Of a DNA stretch of 64,000 nucleotides, positions 29,986 through 58,469 are shown one piece after another. Within the stretch, counting starts at the first letter, position 1; the number at the start of each line of letters is the position of its first letter. The stretch lies in NCBI RefSeq assembly GCF_009914755.1, contig NC_060948.1, one strand, 5' to 3'. The position numbers and the translations under genes were made by a program. Source of the DNA: the human T2T-CHM13v2.0 reference genome, Homo sapiens. Below the pieces are notes generated by a model. It searched no databases and was not told the DNA's origin. It saw only the letters and a list, made by a program, of their open reading frames with translations.

Positions 29986-30905
29986 ATAGCATTGTTTTTG
30001 CACCACAGGCCAGCACGGAATCTGCGAGGCCTGTTTTCAGCCTGTTCCCCCCAAATTCCTACTCTGAAGAGACAACATTGCCATCTGGGCCGATGAAGCC
30101 CCTCACGGCACCCGAATCTCCACCGTCCCTCTGCTGTCGGGACACAATCTTACCATCAACCTCTAAAGGCTCCTAAAATGCCCAGAAGACCTTTATGCAA
30201 AATTTTCATAAAAATCTCTTCACTTTTCATTCTCACTAAACATACATTTGTTCAGACGGCTTGTTTTAGGATAAAAATGTGTCTTCCATGAGCAAACATA
30301 ATGGCTTTTCTGAAATCCCAGATTTGAAAGGCTTACGAAGGCGACCTGCCCTTTGTGAGAAAAAGTTTTTCTGAACATCCAAAGCTAAAAGCATAGCTAG
30401 TAACAGGCAAGCCTATGAGACAGGAAGATGGCCCAGAATCCTGTCCTCACCCTGCAGGTGCCGTCTGCAGAGCACGGCTTCCTCCCTGTTTCAAAGGCCC
30501 TGAGAGGACAGGCTCCAGCGGATTCAAAACCCGTCCACCTCATCTCAGGAAACGGCATGGTTCTCTCTGTCAACAGAAGGGGAGGGAGGGATGAAGCTCT
30601 TTACACAGTTTCCATGGTTGCAGATTCTCGGAGGTTGCAAGAAGGGTTTTCGACACCTTCCTTCCTCCTCACAACGAGACTCTCATCGGTGCCCACTATG
30701 AAAACGTGAATAGGTCGTTGTTACGAAGGCAGTGAGAACTGAACGCAGACAGGCACGCACCTGTACAAAAGCTACAGTCCCTGGGCAAGCTCAAGGCTCC
30801 CGCACGAAACCTTCAGAAACCCTGAGCTCCTGCCCTGAGGGTTCTAGGTGCTTTTGTCTTACAACATGTTTGTTAAGAACTTCTAATGAAACGTTAAGAT
30901 AACCA

Positions 30906-31392
30906 CACCTGTATGTACATGCACCTGTGTGTGTGTATGCACCTGTGTGTTTGTGTGTATGCACCTGTGTGTGTGTATGCACCTACGTGTGTGTGTATGC
31001 ACCTGTGTGTGCACCTGTGTGTATGCACCTATGTGTGTGTATGCACCTATGTGTGCATGTACCTGTGTGTATGGACCTATGTATGTGTGTATGCGTGTGT
31101 ATGCACCTGTGTATGCACCTGTGTGTATGCACCTATGTGTGTGTGTGTGTATGGACCTATGTATGTGTATGCACCTGTGTGTATGTATCTGTGTGTATGG
31201 ACCTATGTATGTGTGTATGCGTGTGTATGCACCTGTTATGCACCTGTGTGTATGCACCTATGTGTGTATGTACCTGTGTATGCACCTATGTGTGTATGCA
31301 CCTATGTGTGTATGCACCTGTGTTTGTGCATATGCACCTGTGTGTGTGTATGCACCTGTGTGTTTGTGTGTATGCACCTGTGTGTGTGATGC
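30906..31392. repeat. Complex (TG)n / tgtgtatgcacc simple repeat
   Basis: Directly visible. Confidence 0.95.
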
Positions 31393-31529
31393 ACACGCAC
31401 GCCCGTGTTTATCTCCAAATACCCTGTTCTAATGTTCTAGAATGCTGGCACCCGGTCTGATAAAAATCACAGGTTAGGTGGACACCAAAACTGAGTAGCT
31501 TCCAGAAATTAGAGAAGAACTAAATAAAC

Positions 31530-32399
31530 AGATAGAAACTTAATCAAGGAGGTGCAAGAGGTGTACCCGGGGAAGTACACAACGTTGCTGAACAAAACCT
31601 AAATGAATGGAAAGTCCTTTGTTTGTGGATTGGAAAATACTGTTAAGGTATCAATTATCCTAAATTGATCCACAGATTCAAAGCAATCCCAATCAAAATT
31701 CCAACAGGCTTTTCTTGCTGGAAAGCAATTTTTAAAGAACAGGCTTGGACTCACAGTATCTGCTTTCAAAATTTGCTAGAAAGTTACACTAATCTGGAAA
31801 GTGCCATGAAGGTGAGGGGATGCACATACAGCAATGGGATGGAAATAATAATAAAACAGACGTACGTACTCAACTGACTTTCAACAACACAATTCCACGG
31901 GGGGAGAAAAGACTGTTCAATATACGGTGCTGGGGTCATCCAGATACCTCACCTCATACCACGCAGAAAAACTGACCTGAACTGGATCACAGGCCGAAAC
32001 GCAAACCTAAAACCACACTGCTTTCTCAAGATAAATAGGAGAAAATATTTGACACCTTGTGGTATGCAAACATTTTGTAATAAGACACAAAAAATAAGAG
32101 TCATAAAAGAAAAAAGTTGAAAAACTAAACACTTTTGCTCTTTGAGACACTGAAGAAAACAAAAAGCAAGCCAGACTCAAGAGACATATGCACACACCAC
32201 ATTGTCTTACCAAGGACTTGCCAACAGTTGTATGTAAAGAGCTCTCGCAACTCAGTGATAACATAACCCAATTTAAAAAGCAAACACACGACCTGAACAG
32301 ACGCTCGACAGTGGGAACCACATGAATGGCAAATAAGCACCTGAAAATTCCTCGGCGTCACCAGGCCGCAGGGAAATGCAATCAAAATCGTGCAGTACT
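31530..32399 (+). mobile_element. L1M ORF2 3' fragment
   Basis: tggattggaaaa...aaattgatccacagattcaaagcaatcccaatcaaaattccaacagg...caactgactttcaacaa...atggcaaataagcac follow L1 order. Confidence 0.85.
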
Positions 32400-34391
<1,992 letters not shown>

Positions 34392-35449
34392 TCTCATTTT
34401 CACCGCCTCCCTTGGTCCTGCCCCCTATACCCAATAAACTCAGTGCATTTCTCAAGTTCCACTACTCACTTCCTCCTCAAAACTTTCTCCAGGAGAGAAA
34501 TGATGTCTCCCTGCTTTGAACACCTTTGGAACTTAATTTCCACTTGTTAGAGGCTTCTTGCCTGATTTACAGAATATATCATCCTCTCACATGCACCCAA
34601 ATGGCCTCGTTTGCACAGACCTGACCTTCCGTCAATATTCCCAGCCCTAGGAGAATTCATGCAAAGTCACAATAGTCCCAGCCCTAGGAGAATTCTTGCA
34701 AAGTCACACAATTCAAGCATTTACCTTAGCGTCTGGCTGTCATTCAACACGTTTAAGGACAAAATGGCAGCTCATTAGCGATCCCACTGAGAAAGCAAGT
34801 CATGGAGGGGAACCATCATTACTAGCACATGCTTCTTGAGTCCTGGCCCTCCTCTCAACCTCCTCAGTAAATGAGGGATTTGGGCAAGAGTTCCTAAGGT
34901 GCTTCAGGTTTTGCAGCTCACTGGGAAAGTGCACTGGGCCGGAGCTCAAGAGATGCGTCCTGGGGCCCTGAGTCCCCTCCTGGATCGGGATCTGGAGGGC
35001 CTGAGCCAGACGGTCTCCAAGCTGCCTCTAGCTCTAGTTCACATTTTCATCGACACGTACTTTTGGAAAATGTTCTAGATCCATCAGAAGACATCGGACA
35101 ACCACCGGTAATTTAGAACGCAAGGAGCTCACCTCAGATTGCCACCCACCTCTCACTCAGCAAGTAGAGAGGCTGGTCCATTTTGGCTGGAAAACTGTGG
35201 TGCTACGTAAATATCACTTTGTGACATGCTTATTAGTGCTGCTGATGGAAAGCTGGTGTTCAGCTGAAAATTTTCAAATGGTATAAACAAGTTCCGACGG
35301 AACATTCTGAATATTTCAGGCTTCCGTAGTATTCTCGGGACACCAGACGCACCAGCCATACGTGTTTCTATAACATCTGGAAGCAATGTTTTATCGCTTT
35401 AAACTGCATAGTATAAAACGACAGAAAGCATTTTTAAAAATACACGGCT

Positions 35450-38017
<2,568 letters not shown>

Positions 38018-38265
38018 TAGGAAGCCTTTCTACCTTTATAAATTGTGTGATTTTTAGGTTAACAACTGTCAATGACGGAATGTTCAGTACGTGGGACTTT
38101 CTTGTCTGTATGTGTGTGGTGGGGGGGGTCGGGGCGGGGAACAGACTCAATATGAAACCGTTTTGGGGTCTGACGCTCGCCCACCAGCCTCCATCGCGCA
38201 GCCACACGCCCACTATGCGACCAGAGCCACCTGCGCAGTTGTTAGCAGAAGGAAGAGTAACTTAC

Positions 38266-38589
38266 TACTCTCGTCCCTGCGGATCTACGGGTGCCTCGAA
38301 CGTGGGGCGCGTTCCTGGGGCTGGAGGCGGCGCCCAGGGGCAGCGCAGGGCCCGGCCCGGGGGTTCCCGGGGGTTCGAGCCCGCTGGGCCGGGGGGCGGC
38401 GAGCGGGGCTGTGGGCCAGGCCCCGGGCTGCTCCCCGTCCCCCGGGGTCGGCTGGTCCCGCCCGGGCGCCTTGATCCGGCGCAGGCAGTCCTGCAGCATC
38501 CGCTGCGTGCTGGCCTCGCTGAGCCAGTACAGGAACAGCTCGTCCACCTTCATCTTCAGGACCGGCTGCAGCACTTTGCCGGGCGGCAT
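38266..38589 (-). CDS. PPP2R3B: PPP2R3B (PP2A B''beta / PR70) coding exon 1, 108 codons MPPGKVLQPVLKMKVDELFLYWLSEASTQRMLQDCL...RRSAGTRV
   Basis: ATG at 38589 in context cccgccATGc; 324 nt = 108 codons; ends at donor GTA|gtaagt (intron starts 38265); peptide recognised as the PR70 N-terminus; inside a CpG island. Confidence 0.96.
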
Positions 38590-38802
38590 GGCGGGGGCTG
38601 GGCCCGCGGCGCCCCCGGACGCCCGCGCCCCGCCCCGCCCCGGGGGCTTCGGTCCGCCCCGGACCGACCTCGGTGATGCGAGCACGGCCCGCTGAGGGGG
38701 CGCGGCGCAGGGAACAGGGCCCGCGCCTCGGGAACTGCGCGGACTCGCGGGGCGCGGGGACCGAGGAGGGGGCGCGGTCCGGCCCGCGCTGCTCAGGGCA
38801 GC

Positions 38803-38819
38803 TTCAAAACGGGCGCGCC
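38803..38819 (-). promoter_or_regulatory. Candidate CDE/CHR cell-cycle element GGCGCGC-CCGT-TTTGAA
   Basis: The minus strand reads GGCGCGCCCGTTTTGAA: a canonical CHR (TTTGAA) preceded by a 4-nt spacer and a GC-rich CDE-like site, about 215 nt upstream of the ATG. Confidence 0.5.
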
Positions 38820-39810
38820 GGCCGCGCTCCCAAACAAGGGCGCCCGCGTTCACGTCACTGCGTCGCGTCATCGCGACGATGTCATCACGAGGCGACGCCG
38901 CCGCTAGCCACGCGCGCCCCGCGGCCCTCGGAGCTTTTGCAGGAGGCTTTGGTGGGGCCGAGCGGCTGCGGTGAGGACGAGGGAGGGGCTGTGGCGGCCG
39001 TACCGCCCGAGCTCTTTCTGCGTTTAGGATTTTTAGAGGCGCGGCCCATGGCGGCGTGGCAGTCCTAGAGCTGCGGAAATGCGAGCATGCGCAATGCGTG
39101 CCTGCCAGAGCGAGGAGAGGGTGGAACCTCCGCATGGAGCATGCGCCGTGCATAGCGGTGGAGGAGCGGAGTTCGGGAGGCCGGTCGGGTGAGCGTGCGC
39201 AATGGCTGCCCGCGGGGCGCAAGCCAGAGGCTGGGAGGTGTGTGAGCGGGTGGGGCTGGAGGACGGGAGTGCGCCTGCGCAGTGGGAGGCACCGGGAACG
39301 AGCGAGCATGCGGGGTGCGCGCCCGCCGAGCTCGGGAGCGAGCGTGCGTCCTACGGGAGCGCGCGAGGAAAAGATCAAACTTTTCAATAACAGCGGGCTA
39401 CCTGGGACCCAAAGGGCCCCGTTTACTTTAGCTTTGCTTATCAAACAGTAGAGACAGGTTGGAGGAGTTGGACCCCTTTAAACGTTGGTGTTCAGGGATG
39501 AGCGTGAAGTGCGTTGAAAATTGCAAAAATCATCCACGTCCAGGGAGGTGACATTAGTTAAATAACTTTACCCAATGGTCGTTTTTGTTTCTGCTTTTAA
39601 CAGTATCCATAAAAACACTGCATTATCATCTGTCTGGCACACATGCACCTGTTTCCTTTACATCTTGCCCCGCTTTTTATTCATTTTTTATCAAAATAGG
39701 GTTTCACCTGGTGTTGCACCCTGTTAGAGAGTAATTTCAAGGTCTTTTATGAGCCAGGTTCTCCTACTTCTGAGCTGCATAAATCGAGCCAGACTCAATA
39801 AGTAACCCTT

Positions 39811-43640
<3,830 letters not shown>

Positions 43641-44784
43641 AGAAACCACCGTAACTGTGGCAGTAAGAGGCCAGGAACTCTCACAGATACCTCGTCCAAA
43701 ACCGGCAAAGGAGAGGATGGAACATTTGCTGTAGAGGTTTTCCTGCCTCTTCATAACTCCTTGAGGCTGTGTCCTCATCCATCTTCCAGAAACCAAAAAC
43801 CCTTCACACATCGCCCCTTTTGTCCCGAGCGGCGCCCGCTGCCACCTGCTTGGCAAAATAAAACGTAAGTGGAAAAATGCTCCCTTTTCCATTTTCCTCT
43901 CTAATTGAATTCTCTCCTGACCTCTCAGTTCCCCACGGCTGTGTTTCAGGTTTTGATGATAAGGAAAAGAACTCTGTATTTGGATAATACGATTTTCAGC
44001 AACCTTCAACTCAATTTCCTCTCCCCGGAGACAGTGTATCTTATAGGATAGAATGAAATCCCTTATTCATAGGGAAAAAGTTCCAATTTAATCTGAATAT
44101 TCAGCGTGCCGCCGTGGCCGGGGTGATGGATGGCGTATGGAAATATCACAGTTCAAGCAATCAGATGTCAGAATGCACTCTGCTACTGGAAGAAATAATG
44201 ACGCCTATCCAATTTTCTATAAGGCGCAGAAATGCACGTTGCATCGTGAGGACCCCGGCTTTCTCCTATTACCTTACTAATCACATCTCCATTTAAACAC
44301 AGAACAGAAAAGGAAGCGTGGTCACAAATTAAGAATTAATGGAAGTGAGACTCCGCAATGGATTCGGGGCCGAGGGCCAAAGGCGGCCGCCACGTGCCGC
44401 TATTTACATGAAGTCACAGAGATGACGGGGATGAGCGGGGTCCCCTTGTCAGAAGCTGCTGGGCCAGATGAACCTGACAAGTATCTCCTAAGAAGGATTT
44501 AGAAAAGGGGAAGATGAAATCTTTGGAGGTAATGGAGAATTAGAAGCATGTCATTACCTATAAATCCTGCGGCCCTGCACACGCTGTTGACAGCCCGGAA
44601 GATGAGACTGGCTGAGAGGAAAAAGATTCTGAGCCTGGAACAAGCGGACCCAGATTCTAGGTGGCCAGGCTGTGTGGTTGCTTTTATCATTCCGGGAGAC
44701 TTTCGGGAGGAAATGTTTGCAAAGAGCACGCAGACGGGGAAATGTTTGCAAAGAGCACGCAGATGGCATTTTCTTTTCTCTCTA

Positions 44785-51074
<6,290 letters not shown>

Positions 51075-51144
51075 TGAATTGCACCATTGGAAGCTGGGGA
51101 CTGTCTGTATGCAATATTATGTATAGTTTGATTTCTTTTTTTGC

Positions 51145-51973
<829 letters not shown>

Positions 51974-52892
51974 ACAGTTACACACGGACACAGAGCCAAG
52001 GGGCCACCTGAACTCCCTCTCAGCCCTGGAATGAAAGACCATAGGACCAGGCGCGGCGGCTCATGCCCACAATCCCAGCACAGTGGGAGGCCGAGGCAGG
52101 AGGATCGCTTGAGGCCTGGAGTTCGAGACCAACCTGGGCCACCTAGCAAGACCCTGCCCCTACCAAAAAATGTAAACAATAAAAATAAATGAAAAGCAAC
52201 AATAAAAGAAGGTAGACCACGTGTTGCGGGACCTTCCTCTCCTGGGGCGCCTTGTGGGTGTGGGCAGGGGAGGCTATTCCCGGCCTTTCACGTTCTAAAA
52301 ACATCCCGTGGAAAGTGTACAGACGGCATCTGTGGGGCTCACCTCTGTGCCCGTCACTCGATCGTGGGCCTGCTGAGTGGCGCTATTTTTGGAGGGCAGC
52401 TGGGGGAGGGAGGAATTGGTACGATTTTGCTATTATAGGAAGGAAGACTAAGGGATTCCTAGGCTTGCTTACATGCTTTTTTTTTTTTTGAGACGGAGTC
52501 TCGCTGTGTCGCCCAGGCTGGAGAGCAGTGGCCCCATCTCATCTGACTGCAAGCTCTGCCTCCCGGGTTCACGCCATTCTCCAGCCTCAGCCTCCTAGAG
52601 AGTAGCTGGGGCTACAGGCGCCCGCCACCAACACCCGGCTAATTTTTTGTATGTTTAGTAGAGACAGGGGGTCTCACCGTGTTAGCCCGGATGGTCTCAA
52701 GATCTCCTGAACTTGTGATCCGCCCGCCTCGGCCTCCCAAAGTGCTGGGATTAGAGGCGTGAGCCACCGCGCCCGGCCGCCTACATGATTGTTATAAGCC
52801 ATGACCCTTTCGGCATATGAGAGAGTGTGTGAATCCTGTCAGTTCAGGGTTAGAAGCCCAGGATGCATGATTGAGGTGGCTGTCTGCAATAG

Positions 52893-53093
<201 letters not shown>

Positions 53094-53096
53094 TAA

Positions 53097-53234
<138 letters not shown>

Positions 53235-53237
53235 TAA

Positions 53238-53720
<483 letters not shown>

Positions 53721-53751
53721 AGCCCTTCACCCTTCTTCTGTATTAAATTAG

Positions 53752-54090
<339 letters not shown>

Positions 54091-54774
54091 TGACAGGCGT
54101 GAGCCACCGTGCCCGGCCAGAAGAAAGCCTTTATGGAGAAGAATGTTGACACTATGACAGCGAATTGTGTGCCTGCTGGCTGTCTGGGTTTAACCCACCC
54201 CTCACAGCCCCACCCAGCCCCCACCAATCAGAACGTGAGCCGCCGAGGACAGGAAGGTTTCTCCTTGGTCTGTTTCTCTCACTACAGGGACCCCGGGAAA
54301 TAGAATGGCACCTGTCACACGGTAGCTTTCAGACAGACACATTCAGAGTCCAGAATGTTCACCATTACACCATGGAACTGTCTTCACGGTAGCTTCCTAA
54401 TACATGTTTGTTCCCTCGATAAATGAAACAAGGGCGTCGGGGCTCCAGCCTGTCATCCCAGCACTTTGGGAAGTAGAGGTGGGTAGGTTCCTTGAGTTCA
54501 GGAGTCTGAGACCAGCCTGGACAACACAGCAAGATCCAGTCTCTGCAAAAAAAAAAAAAATACACTAAATTAGCCGGGCATGGTGGCACCTGCCTGTAGG
54601 CCCAGCTACAAGGAGATAGGAGGATCACTTTAAATGTTTTGAGTCACCAACTTGGAAACATTCTTTTTGTAGAATCTCCAAAGTGACGTTTCTGAGTCCA
54701 TCGAGGCTTGTAAGGAAACATAGAATATCCAATGATAAAAGCTAGAAACAAGCTATCTATGAAAATGCTTTGAT

Positions 54775-55063
54775 GTGTGACTGAGTATGTGTGTGTGAGG
54801 GTATGTGTGAGTGCGTGAGTGTGAACGTATGAGTATGTGTGTGTGTGTGAGGGTGTGTGTGTGAGGGTATGTGTGTGTGATTCAGCATTTGGCTCTGTGA
54901 GGGTACGTGTGAGTGTGAGCACGTGGCTATTTGTGTGTGTGTGAGGGTATGTGTGAGTGCGTGTGTGATTGAGCACGTGACTGTATGTGTGTGCATGTGT
55001 GTGAGGGTACGTGTGAGTGCGTGAGCCTGTGACTGAGCACGTGGTTCTGTGTGTGCGTGTGTG
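54775..55063. repeat. Complex (TG)n / gtgtgaggg simple repeat
   Basis: Directly visible. Confidence 0.88.
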
Positions 55064-55757
55064 TCCTTGCAGCTGGCAGGGGGTGTTGCCCAGGGAAGAA
55101 CTGGGGGAAGCAGCTTTCTCCCCACTCAGGAGAGGGCCCGCACAGGGGAGCGGCCACGCAGGCCGCGCAGGAGCTTGTCCTCCTGACTTGGAGTCCCTGG
55201 CAGGAACCTGATGCTGGAGTGAAGAATATGCCTCGTTTAGGGGGCACCGTGGTTCCCACTTCCCAGCTGAGGAAGCCCCTTGGAGACAGTGGGGCTGAGA
55301 TTCAGAGCCCGCCCTGGGACCCACAGTCGGATCGCTGCTCTCCCTAGGAGACCTCCTGGGCTCCCATTTTCCCTTCTCTGCCACAGTTGCCACCTGCGTG
55401 CTGGGGCGGCAAAGCGTAAAGGCTGGCAGGTCCTTCCTCAACCCCGGAAGGTGGGAACCACAGCACGGTCATTGCCGGCGTAAAACCCCAGGGCCGTCAG
55501 GTGCTGTGTGCAGATTGAACAGCTTCATGCTTCTACGCTCACCTGCAACGGAATAGGTCGGCCCCTGGGACCACATTGTGAAATGCAATCTGAGCATTCT
55601 CTGGGCAATGACGGTGCAACCTGGACAGGCTCGGGGGGTCCCCAGCGCAGACATTGAACCTCCTCTTTGTCATTTTCCTAAAGGTTGGAAGTAGAAATCG
55701 TCCTAAATCATAGCCACGCGATTTCTCTCCGGAAAGGACGACATTTGGGTCATGTAG

Positions 55758-56102
<345 letters not shown>

Positions 56103-56159
56103 TAGCTGGGATTACAGGTGTGCACCATCATGCCTGGCTAATTTTTGTATTTTTAGTAG

Positions 56160-56336
<177 letters not shown>

Positions 56337-57002
56337 TAAGTCCTCTTTGAGATAAACGGGAATGGTTCGTGTCTTGACAGTGAGCATTTGCAGTAGAAAT
56401 CACGCACACTCAGCAGAGGGCTGCACAAGGCCAGCCGTGCTCCACCTGCCCCCCTCAAAAATCGGCCTCCGCACCTGCTGCGGCCATTTCATTACATCTC
56501 AAAACAACGTCAACTTATTTAATAAATAGGAGAATTTTTAAATCAAGTCCCGAGGCAGGATGTATAAACTTTAGTATTGATTATGCGTCCCTAAAAGCGC
56601 TCTCAGTAAAGGGACTTTGCTTCCTTTTCCTCAGGTTCCTATGAAGTCGTTTAATCCGTCTAACTCTTATTTTATGTTGTTTTCCCCGTTTTTATTACTT
56701 TATATGACAGTACATCTTTGTAGCCACAAACTCAATAGCATAATTGTGTGTTTTTTTTTCCCTGAGACAACAATGTGCTTTTTGTTCGAGGAGGTAATAA
56801 TTCTTGACAAAATCTGTTTTAATGTCGTACCGAAAAAAAAAACAAACCCCACAAAACCCTTAACGGACATTTGTAGTCCCCATTGGATCTAAAACACTGT
56901 GATATTGTTTGTGTAATCTGCTTTTAAAGTCACCAAAAGTGCTTTGTTGTAAATACTCTGTGATAACATTTGCTTTGTTAACGTATTTTAAATGAAATAT
57001 AG

Positions 57003-57060
57003 TTATAATTTCCCTCATGACATTTTCATTTAAATTTAAATGTCATGAGGGAAATTATAA
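57003..57060. repeat. Perfect 23 bp inverted repeat with a 12 nt spacer
   Basis: ttataatttccctcatgacattt (57003-57025) and aaatgtcatgagggaaattataa (57038-57060) are exact reverse complements. Confidence 0.95.
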
Positions 57061-57440
57061 TTTAATTTAAAAAACGATTTAAATTTATTTAATAAATTTA
57101 ATTAATAAATAATAATATATAATAAATATATAATAATAAATAAATAATCAAATTTGTTTAAATTTAAATTTATTTAAATTTATTCATTTATTTATTTATG
57201 TATTCATTTAGATAGTTATTTAAATTTATTTAAATTTATTATTATTTATTTTTATTTTATTTCATTTTATTTATTTTATTTTATTTTATTTTAGAGACAG
57301 GGTCTCCTTCTGTTGCCCAGCTTGGAGCGCACCTGTGTGATCTCGGCTCACTGCAGACTCCGCCTCCTGGGTTCAAGAGATCCTCCTGCCTCAGCGTGCA
57401 TGCACCACCAAGCCTGGCTCATATTTTTTAGACATTTTAA

Positions 57441-57788
<348 letters not shown>

Positions 57789-58469
57789 TGACGCGCATCG
57801 TGTAGATGGAAGAGAAATCAAACGGCACCGTCTGCCGGGGCGGGATTGCAGCCCGTTCCAATGTCTCATTTATTCCCCGGGTGCTGGGAGAGTCTCTGGG
57901 ATGACAAGACTGATGGTTCCTAACCCAGGCCGGGGCAACGCATGACTTTTGACGCCTCGGAGAAGCCCTTCCTTCCTGGACTGTATTCTGACAGGGAGTG
58001 CGTCTCACGCTTTACCCGACGGCGCCCAGAGCGACCTTCATCGCGGCCCACCGGCCAGGGCCGTCTTCTGGATCTTCAGCGGCTTGAGGAACTTTCTGTC
58101 CCCTTCTGGGTTGACTGAATTTTTATCGCGAAAAGGCACTGCCTTTGCTCAAATGCTTTTCCTGCATTTCTGCAAATGGTCATGTGAGTTTGGCCCCTTA
58201 GCCATGAATACGGTGCGTCACATTCACTGGTTTTCCAGAAAAGAGCTGTATAGAGAGAGAATTTACACAGCTGACAATGTGTCCGTTTAAACTCTTCCAA
58301 CCCGTGGCTTTCTGTATGCAGAGACTTGTGCCACCATCACCACAGTCTATTTTATTGCTTTACTTATATTTGTTTTTTTTTTTTTTTTTGAGACAGGGTC
58401 TCGCTCCTGTAGCCTTGGACTCTCAGGCTCAAGGGATCCTCCCTCCTCAGCTCCCCAAGTAGCCGGGCA

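Larger units (their letters stand above)
38180..39430. promoter_or_regulatory. PPP2R3B: CpG-island promoter of PPP2R3B
   Basis: Very GC/CpG-rich and spans exon 1; GC boxes (ccccgccccgccc ~38628-38640); NRF1-like TGCGCCTGCGCA at 39270-39281 and GAGCATGCGC at ~39083 and ~39138; CRE/E-box-like TCACGTCA at ~38850. Confidence 0.9.

Noticed and set aside
28141-30176. ORFs of 587-651 aa on the plus strand
   Set aside because: Artefact of a stop-free 57/61 bp VNTR.
30883-31460. His/Thr-rich and Cys/Val-rich ORFs
   Set aside because: Translation of a (TG)n-type simple repeat.
35153-35386. 77 aa non-repetitive minus-strand ORF as another alternative (PR130-like) exon
   Set aside because: No recognisable similarity to B'' proteins, a TTG start, and it ends at a stop.
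38242-39444. 400 aa ORF as the true PPP2R3B N-terminus
   Set aside because: It starts at a TTG, crosses the promoter and runs past the donor. Only 38266-38589 matches PR70.
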